This document shows, piece by piece, positions 54,567 through 64,000 of a DNA stretch of 64,000 nt. Source of the stretch: Selaginella moellendorffii (taxonomy: Eukaryota; Plantae; Lycopodiophyta); contig NW_003314279.1 in NCBI RefSeq assembly GCF_000143415.4, positions 1,540,457-1,604,456 of the forward strand, in the 5' to 3' direction. Position 1 is the stretch's first letter; the number at the start of each line of letters is the position of its first letter. Below the pieces are notes generated by a model. The model made no database searches. It had not been told where the DNA came from and worked only from the letters and a program-made list of their open reading frames with translations. Made by a program: the position numbers and the translations under genes.

Positions 54567-57500
54567 TCATTTCCTCTTTTTCGAAGGAGAGACTTGAAAA
54601 AACATAGGTCTGATTGAGCGCTCTCTAGGACTTCTAACATTGCTGTGGAATATCAAATTAGAGAATCGTAATTCTGTGGCTAACACTGTCCATGGCATTG
54701 CACTCTCTGTTTGCTGAGCCAAAATTGTCATCTTAGCTTGAGTTGGCTGATCTATTACCAAATAGGGCCCATCGTACCGTGAAGAACACTTCCTTCCTAG
54801 GATGCCTTGCACCACAACTTTGGCCATGACAGAATCTCCAACACCAAAGGGATGATCATTGATTCTTTTTCTTGTAGTTCCTTGAATAACGAGCTTGTGC
54901 CTGTTCAATGTTTGCTCTTGCTCTTTCTTCCAAGATTGGCCTGTGATTCGAGCTTTCTCCAATGTAGTTCTGGGATTCAATACCATCATTGGTTGCGGTG
55001 AGATCTCGCTCAAAAGGTGAAAAACCTGTGGACTCGTGTCTTGTTGTTCTGTAAGCAAAGAGTACTTCCGGCAAATCATTGTCCCACTCCCCTTTCTTGA
55101 GCAAAATATTTACTGAGACCATCTTTTCTAGTGTCTTGTTTAAGCGCTCTACCATGCCATTAGTTGAAGGTTTGAATCGTCCTGTCAGGGTGTGCTTCGC
55201 ACCCATTCTGCAGCACAGTAGGGAGAATGCCTCACTGCAAAACTCTTTTCCCCTGTCAGTAAGGATCTCCTCTGGGACTCCATGTCTTAAGATAACATCC
55301 TCGTAGATAAACTCCACAGCAGTCTGAGTAGATTTGTCTTTTACTGCTCGTGCCTCAACCTACTTAGAGAAGTAGTCCATGCAAACAACAATATATTTGT
55401 TGCCATGTCTGGAGGGGAAGTTGAAAGGTCCAACAAAATCAAGTCCCACCCTTGCAAAAGGCCCTCCAATTGGCAACGGCTGTAATTCTGAGGTTATAGA
55501 TGACCGCATTGGAGCATTAGAGATCTTGCAAGCCGTACATGAGGCTATCACCCGATCAACATCATTCCTCATACCAATCCACCAGTAATGCTGCTGTAAA
55601 TCATCTAGGATCCTGTTCCGTGATAAATGTCCCGATAAAGAGGAAGCATGGTATCTAGCACGAGCTCATCGACCTCATCCCGCTGAACTATCAACAGGTA
55701 TTGATTCAGCTCTCTTGAAGCGATGTACATTAGCTTGCCATCTAGCACACCAAACTTATCTCTTCCTCAATTGAGTTTTCTCCTCACTGACTTGTCAATG
55801 CCAGGAACAATCTCTCCTGATTCAGCAAAGGCCAAGCGCAGTTTGTATTCTTCGCGATCCATCTGAAGTCCAAAGCAGGGATAACTACCTCAACCAACCC
55901 ACACACTTAAATAATCAAGTCCAAATGGGGATGCTCACGCGGATGGAACTACAACCCAGAACAGGAATGATAAATATTGCCAATACGATTAAACATGAGA
56001 ACTATAGCAAGAAAATTCAACAAGTTTGTGAGACAGTCTAGCTGTGAAAGGCTCTGGATAACCCATCTGCGTTCGAGTTTTGTGAGCCTCTTTTGTAAAC
56101 AATTTCATAGTCATATCCCATTAAGTAAATCGACCATCGCTGGAGACGACCTGAGAGTGATCCTGAGCCTTGAAGAGCCTTGAGTGCTTGGTGATCAGTT
56201 TCGATTTTGACTTGGGTGCCATGGACATAAGCACGGAAGTGTTTGAGTCCCTGTACTACAGCAAGACATTCCTTTTCCGAAATGGAGTAATTTTGCTCAG
56301 CTTTCTGCTATAATAAGCAATGGGATGTTCTGCATTGCCAATCTGTGCCAATATTGCTGATATGGCAAGTCTTGATGCGTCGCACTGCAAAAGCTGCACA
56401 AGATGGATCAATACATTACCAGGCAACCACAATACCTGCAATCAGGATAAGATAATATAGGCTACTTGCACAGCTCCCGCTTTAGTTCTTCAAAGGCGTT
56501 CTGCTGCTTGGCACCCCAAGCGCTCCGACTGCTTTAGAAGCTTTGTCAGTGGCAAGGCCCTTTCTGCGATTTGTTGATAAATCTTCGATAATAGCCAGCC
56601 AGACCAAGAAAGGCTTTAATCTGCATCGAGACATTAGAGTTCCAAACACACGAAGGAGAACTCATGTACCTACTTCTTTCCCTCAGGAATAGGAAACTCC
56701 TTCACTGCTGATATTTTCTCTACCAGATACCACATGTCCAAGAAACTTAATTTCGCGCATGAAGAAGTGACATGTTTTTGGCTTAATCTTCAGACCTGCT
56801 GCTTTCAATCTATAAAATACCTTTCTGAGGTCTGTGATGTGGCTACATACTCCCCGAGAATAGACATTAACGTCGTCTATATAGACAAGTGACGATTCCC
56901 ATCTGAGCGTACCAAGGACACGGTCAATAAGTCTTTGAAAAGTAGCACTCGTGTTACATAGCCCAAAAGGCATGCTTTTGAACTGGTACAAACCATCCCG
57001 GCATGTAAAAGCTGTCTTTTCCTTATCCTCTTCTCTCATAGGCACTTGCCAGAATCCAGAGGCTAGATCAATTGCGGAAAACACCTGAGTTACAACACAT
57101 AAGTACCAGCATACCTCTCTCTCAGACATCTACCTGTGCACCAGCAAGCTGGTCGAGTGTATCATCTATTTGTGGTAGTGGATAAACATCACGCTTAGAA
57201 ATGGAGTTCAACTTGCGATAATCAATGTAGAATCTGGTTGTGCCATCCTTCTCGACGAGAACCACTGGCGATGCCCAGGGTGATGATGAAGGCTCAATTA
57301 CGTCAGCATCTAACATTTCCTTAATCTCCTTGGAAACAATCTTCCACTGTTTGGGAGTTTCACGGTATGCATGCTGCTTGATAGGCCTGCTTGAGGAAGT
57401 ATGGATCTCATGATGAAGCATATCAGTTTTGCCCAGGTCAAGAGTTCCAGTACTAAAAATCTCCTGATATTGCCACAGCAACTCATCAAATTCAGAAACG

Positions 57501-59865
57501 AGATCCGTACCTGAGAGCATATCTCCAACTTTTAGTTCTCCTTTTATCCTCCCAAGGAATTTTAGAGCCTCCTCATCTAGTGGCAGCTTTTCTGACGACA
57601 TACAGCTCACTCCCCCAACATAATTTTTGAATGGTTCTGGCAATCCAAGAGCATCCAAACCATAAGCAGCTGTATAGCACACAATGTCTGAGATATCTTT
57701 GCATGCTGCCTCGGCTATAGGATCACCCAACTTGACGTGCACTGTGGAGGTTGTCAAGTTTGCCATAAGGATGTCAAGCTTGTCCTTATATGCAGAACTA
57801 ATTATTCCATTAGCTGCCTCTCTAGAGTGCCTGATATGAGGACCACAAGTGATGAACGTTCCCTTGCAGCAACAAATAAAGAATTGTGTTGGGACAAATG
57901 CCTACATGTACTGGGCATGAATACATGCAGCATGGAACAAAACAAATTAAATCACAACCTATGACATAGGAGGAATCGTAATGTCTGCGTCCGCTTTTAG
58001 TAGCACCACCTTTTGATCAACCAAAAATACTTTGTTTGCAATTGCCTCTGCAAAGAGCAACCACAGCTTGTGAGGCAACATCAATCTGGATGCCATGTTA
58101 CCTTTGCATGGCTCCTTCCACAGATACATCCCTTGCTTGATTGGAGCAAATGTTTTAAACTCGGAAGTGCAACAAAAGGCTTTGTGTGAAGATTCAGGTT
58201 TAAGCAGACCCCCCAACTTCACAGGTCTGTGACCATTGGAGAAAGTGAGTTGCCTCTCCCTTATTTCAATCTTTGCACCTATAGCATCCATCCAATCAAG
58301 TCCCAACAGTGCTGCATTTGCACAAGTGACTATACATGTCATCCTCACTGCTGTGTTCCCAACCTTCAAATCAAGGTTGACTAGACCTCGAGGTGTATAT
58401 AGCTCATCATTGACCATGTGTATACGTATGTGATGACAAGGGCATACCACCTTGGAGGCCTCAGTTACCCACTTTTCTAGCACTGTTGTCACTTCATAGC
58501 TTGTGTCCACCATGGCCACCACTCTCTTAGAGAAATCTGAGTTCAACCATAGAGATAATGAATTGATCTTCTTTTGGTCCACCATATCATGACCACAACA
58601 AAATTTTGTGACTGTAGTGTAAGCAATCAAAGAGAACAACTTAAAAGACAGTCCATAGGGTTCAAATATAGAGGGAAAGGGCCCATGAATAAAAGTGCAT
58701 CCCTTTTTCCAATTGGTTAATGGTCTTGGGATATTTGGGTTAAGCGTTCTAGGGTTTAAATAGTACTGGGTTGGGTGACCTCCCGGGAAGTCCAAATTCA
58801 AAATCTTACATTTGGTATCAGAGAAGTCTCAAGTTTGATTCTGTTGGTTAGTTTAGGGGAATCACATTTGAGATTAACATTTGGCAAGTTTAGTTTGCTT
58901 CTGGCTAGGCTAGACCCGAGGGGTAGGGTGTCAAGAGAGCAAGGCTCTCGGGAGAGATGCGGCTCTCAACTTCCATTCACGAGGGCGTGAATTTGCAAAG
59001 GAGCATGATGGATTGTAAATAACCAAAGAGAACGGCTTGAGAGACGGTCTATAGGGTTTAAATATAAAAGGAAAGAGCCCATGAATATTTGGGGTTAAAT
59101 GTCCTTAGGTTTAAATAATACTGGGTCCCAAGAAGTCTAAATTCAAAAGCTTATATGTAGAAAGAAGGGTAGGGTATCCATTATTTGCGTCTGACCCTTG
59201 CACAAGCGCAAGCTCTAGTTTAAATTCTCTTCCGAAGACTTTGCTTTAAGGGCCTCAACTTACCGGTTCAGGTCATTGTGTCACTTCTCTAGGTCAGCAA
59301 TGTAGGTACAATCATGCTGAATGTGGCCCTCTTTCCCACAAGTGTAACAACCAATCCTTTTGCTAGGTCCCTTGTCCCTTTCCCCATCAGTAGGTGCCAA
59401 CTGCTTGACACCACTACCTACCCTGGAACCATTGGTATATCTGTTTTTTTTTAGACCAGTTACCTCTCAAGAAAGTCTCACCTCTTTTGGCATCATGGTG
59501 GTATTCCTCTGGCTCTCCTGAGTCATCACTCTCTTGTACCTATGGCTGAGCAACACATGTTGTAATTGCTTTGGGTTTCCACTTTTTTAATGCTTTTGCT
59601 GCCACAGAAAGCAATTTGTCCATAGATCTCATTTTTGCAGTGATCAGATAAGGCTGCAAATCCTCACGAAAGCCTCAATAAAAAGCTTGCTTCACCATCC
59701 TTTCTACCTTTTCAATGTCATTAGAGATATATGTGGCAGCCCGTTATAGAACAGCCCAATATTGCTGCACAATTTTGCCCTTTTGATAATTTTTTGTATT
59801 GATAAGTTCAAAGGCTTTATCCTCTAGATCCCCAATGATGAAGAGCCTCCTGACCAAAGCTATGG
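54567..59865 (-). mobile_element. Degenerate Ty3/gypsy-like element, family B, with intron-like interruptions in pol; LTRs not identified
   Basis: gag knuckle CYTCGKEGHIQHDC (about 59307-59349), PR (MVDTS...LLGLDWM), RT (SPWASPVVLV, YIDD), RH (QCDAS, NADGLSR), INT (YH...GH...CTAC, GLDFVGP, TDRGKEF, NGMVERLN, RYDGPY). Confidence 0.88.
58618..59155 (+). mobile_element. Cassandra TRIM, copy 2, nested in family B between gag and protease
   Basis: 5' LTR 58618-58810, PBS tggtatcagag, 3' LTR 59014-59155 with internal deletions; TSD TGTAG on both sides; 5S-like core. Confidence 0.9.
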
Positions 59866-61659
59866 CCTCATTCCATAATGTGTGATAAACATTCTTTGTG
59901 CCTCTCTTGAGAAAGCTATAGAGTGAATGCCTTGCATAGTGAGGGTATGTGCGGAAAAAGATAAAAATTGTGGCCCAAGAAGTGATGGAATGGATGGAAT
60001 GGAGGCCATATTATGGTGGATGATATAGAAGAGGACTATGTGTGATCTGATGTCGCAATTGGAAGTAGTAGCTAATATTGGGATTTGATGTAGAGTGTAA
60101 GATGAAATGGCCAAATGCAGCTAGAAGCATGTGGAGTGAGAAAATTTGTTTTCTCCACTGATGAGTGGCTGGATGCTTGTTCTATGTAGGCCCAATTGAC
60201 TGAAGAAAAGAGCTAGAATGTCTCTAGATTTACTGCAAGTCTCATACTGTGATGGTTTAAATTGTATCTTTTGTCTCCAACGTCCAAAAAATTTGATTTT
60301 TATTGCATTATATTGTTGAAAGTCTTCTCAATAGAGTGATGTTGGAAAATCCTAAGTACCATGTATATATGGTGTGGAAATAATGAAAAACAGAGAGTGG
60401 GTATTTGTGATGATGGAATGCAATAATTATAAAAGTGAATAGAGTAATGATTTGTGAATATAAATGAATGGGAATGAAGATGAGAATGTGTTCCCAAAAG
60501 TGATAGAGACAAGAACCTGGGAACCAAGAGGAAAGGCCGGAAGATGAACAAGCTCCTAGACAAGTGGAGTTAAGGCCACCTTGAGGCTAGAATCTAAGCT
60601 TGAGCTTGTGTTGGCAAGAGGATATGGCCTAGAAGGACATGAGAAACAAGTGAAAACAAAGAAGAAAAAAAAAGAAAGTTAAAAGCCCAAAGAGAGGAGA
60701 GAATTCACTACTAGTGAAGAAGGTAAGTCAAGCTTTTCTTAAGTGTTGTTGTGAAGGAGCTCCCCTTTGGAGGGCAAAAGAAATCCTAGAGAAAGCCTTG
60801 GATTCCATAAAAAGTTAAGCTGAAGTTAGGCATGATGATCTAAAGTTTGCGGTGTCGAGAGAATTCGAGACCACAAGAGATATTGATATAAGACTTGGAG
60901 TATGGTGTTTAGTTGTGTTGGCTGCTCCTAGATGGAGAATGTTGATGCTGTTGAAGAGGAGAAACTCACACTGAGTGTTTGTAAAAGTCTAGTGGGCAAA
61001 AAAAGTGTTGATGCTTAGGAAAGCTACCACAAAATCGAATGAATTTTGTGGCTATGGTCGGGTTGGACCATTAGAATGAAAGAAATATAAAGAAGTATAA
61101 GATAAGAGGGAGAAGCTTTAAAATCACACTTGGTATTATTGCATTGCAACTAATTTATACCAAGGATGAAGTCAAAAGCTTGACTTAGCACCAATTTGAA
61201 TTTCAAGCTTGAGATCTCCCACACCAACAGTTAAGTCAGCCTCATGCTATGTATATGCATGTGTATAGCTGTTGCCATAAAAATAAAAATTGGCTCTATA
61301 GCAAAATTGAACTATAGTTGACAATGTGTGGCAATAGGTTGAGCAATAGAAGATAAACTTAAGCCTATATTAATCAATATGAAGAGAATAATAAAAAACC
61401 TTTTGTTATAAAAATGAGTTCGGAAAGTAAACATTGGATGAATTAGTGCTTGTAAGACATAAATCCCTAAGCTCTAAAGTGGGGCCGAAAGAGTGCTACA
61501 TGATAGTGGCCAAAGTGGAATTTCAACGAGCATAACATGTTTGGACTAAAAACTCTGACTCAAAAAGTTAAGAGTAGGAGTGGAACTCCTAACGAATTAC
61601 TTAAAGAACGAGTATAAAATGATCAATAAGTGAGTCTCTAGAAAGGGATACAAGATGGA

Positions 61660-63090
61660 CACACAGTTGAATAATCAAACTCAGTTGATGGTAGTATTCA
61701 TAGCTTGTGGTATAACTCCTCTTGCTTTTGTTACAAATCTTCATATTGAATAGAGTTTTTTCATGGGAATCTTAGGGATGATATATACCATTAGTTTAAT
61801 CACTATATAGTGATTACCACTTATCATTCTTAAAATGATGCTTGCCATTTATGTGAGTTTCCCATATGTTTTTAAGGGATAGCATTGCAATGGGACAATA
61901 GTTTAAGTGTAACCACTCATGCAAATTGGAGCTTTTTCTTGAATTTTTTCAAATGTGTATTTACGTATGCTAATGATTATGATGATACCTTCCAACAATT
62001 ATATTATCTTTATCAATGACCACCTAAATTAATAATACAATTTAGCATTCGCTTCCAGAGTTTCTTGTTTTGTGTGGAGCCAAATATGTTAGGAGGGAGC
62101 AAGTTAGGAATGTTGTGGTTGGAGCAAGTGCATGCAAAAGTCCTACAAGATTTTGACAAAGTGTTGTGTTGATGATACTACAATATTGTGAAATATCATC
62201 TCTTCCACTTCTCATTACATGTTCTTCAGCTCCACTTTCTATTGATTGTAGCCATGATGTCCACTATTGGGCATATGATGAGGTTGGTCACACATATAAA
62301 CATTGTTAGCATTTTCTAGATTAACATCCTCCATTTCCTAACTGGAGGATTTGGCATCAACAATATCCTATTAGTGTTGTTGCAATAAAAGGTTTATGTA
62401 AGTAACTAAAGAGAACGACTTGAGATACTATCCATAGGGTTCAAATATACAAAGAAAGGGTCTATAAAAAAGAGTACACCCGTTTTTCCCATCAGTTAAG
62501 GGTTTTGGGATACTTAAGGTTGCATTTGAGTAGTATTAGGTTGGGTGACCTCTCGAAAAGTCTAAATTCAAAATTTTATATTTAGTATCAAAGAGGTCTT
62601 GAGTCCAACTTTATTGGTTGGCTAAGGGAATTATACCACATGTTGAGATTGATATCTGGCAGGTTCAGTTTGCCTTCGGCTGGGATCGACCCGAGGGGTA
62701 GGGTGTTAAAAGAGCAGGGTTCTCAAGAGAGCTACAGCTTTTATCTTCTATTCACCAGATGAACTTGTAGGAAAATGTGATGGATTATAAGCAACCAAAA
62801 AGAATGATTAAAAAGACAATCTATAATGATTTAAATATAGAGGGAAAAGGCCTATAAAAAAGAGTGCACCCCATTTTCAAGGTTTTGAGATATTTAGGAT
62901 TAAGCATTTTTGAGTTTGAGTAGTACTAGGTTGGATGACCTCTCGAAAAGTCCAAATTTAGGAGCTTACAATCTAAATATTAAGATTCTTCTAAAAAATG
63001 AGGAATTAGGTGAATAGTGGAGGGTCTTTATATAAATAAATCAATGATCCTTTCATCCTTCTTTCTTGAGTACCATCAAGGGGTTCGCTT
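61660..63090 (+). mobile_element. Highly decayed gag region of Ty3/gypsy family A
   Basis: Aligns with about 36980-37920 with pervasive C>T/G>A changes. Confidence 0.8.
62397..62970 (+). mobile_element. Cassandra TRIM, copy 3 (old), nested in family A gag
   Basis: LTRs 62397-62580 and 62786-62970; degenerate PBS tagtatcaaag; flanks GTTTA/ATCTA both derivable from the host site GTCTG by transitions. Confidence 0.85.
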
Positions 63091-64000
63091 AACACTACAA
63101 GCAATTAAATTTTTCATTCTACTTTAATCACTTAATTATGCCTTTAACCAGTTGGAGGAGTCTTATGTATAACCTCCATAAATCTTCATCCTAACTTAGG
63201 GCACTTGTTAACCCTCTTATAACTACACTACCACCTAGTACTCTTTTTATCTTTTGCCACTAAATTGCCTTATTGCAACTAAAGAAAATTCCCACTCCCA
63301 CTTTTACTCATACTCCTACTCTTCTTCCTACTCCCACTCCTACTCCCTTATTGCAGCTATGGGCATCTTGAGAGAGGGAGAGGGAATATTTTAATTCTCA
63401 AAATATTCATATAAAAACCACAAATATCAAAGGTTTTGCATTTTATGTCTTAAGCTAAAGTATGGAGAGAGAGAGAGCTTAAGACATGAACAGAGCCATA
63501 GAGAGGAGGAGGATCAAGGTGCTATACCTTAACATGGTGAACCCAGTATAACACATATCTTTTTTTTTTCTGGAGCATTTCTTGATTGATGGAGAGGATC
63601 TATGGGATTTGGAGTGGCAATCTTGGAGAGGGTAGGCTAAGAGTGGTAGGATTACCCCTATAGAGAGATTTCTGAGTGTTGGAGTGAGATTTCATCTTCT
63701 TGAAGCTATGGCATGCAATGTCAGTTTTTAGTGGGGTTTTCTCCTTCGTCTTTGACCCATTTGAGGGGCTCTTTTTTTGGGTATGTAGATCTCAGGCTTT
63801 TCCTTCCATCAAGTATAAGCACTTGTGATCTAGTGGAGAAATGGAGTTTTAGTGATTTTTCTTTCAGTTTTTATTCCTCTTCCTACATCCATCTTTTTTC
63901 AATCTAAGCTTGAATTCTAGGAAGAGATTGTACCAATTTGTTTGATGGGCTCCTAAATCTTGCTAATAGCTATCCAAAGAGTGGTTTGTTGGAGGCCAAT

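Noticed and set aside
57959-58801. 280-aa ORF as an independent gene
   Set aside because: Chimera of an antisense Cassandra LTR and the family B protease region
59441-59481. Further intron candidate in family B gag (GTGAGA...AAACAG)
   Set aside because: Splicing does not restore the frame, whereas a 1-nt slip in the poly-A run gives a continuous reading frame

Overview
Eukaryotic plant genomic DNA. Very short (about 45-70 bp) introns, tight gene packing, high GC3 and a PLS-class PPR gene suggest a lycophyte such as Selaginella (inference only). A gene-dense island (about 6.4-35 kb) holds a GT47 galactosyltransferase, tRNA-Gln, an RmlD/MAT2B-like gene, an AP2/ERF, a PPR, TEN1, two OPT transporters flanking a squalene synthase, an EF-hand protein, FtsH4, a full-size ABCG/PDR transporter and ELP3. 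A 10-11 kb FtsH4-ABCG-ELP3 block is duplicated at 43.8-54.1 kb. In that copy FtsH4 and ELP3 are broken, while ABCG appears intact and has diverged mainly in its transmembrane domains. Between the copies lie an intronless secreted GNA-type lectin and a full-length Ty3/gypsy element. The AT-rich flanks contain decayed Ty3/gypsy copies and three nested 5S-carrying Cassandra TRIMs. The most unusual object is a second Ty3/gypsy-like element (54.6-59.9 kb, minus strand). Its pol region appears to be interrupted by several host-sized GT-AG introns, it has a dUTPase-like segment, and its integrase may be a separate ORF. All alignments were done by eye.
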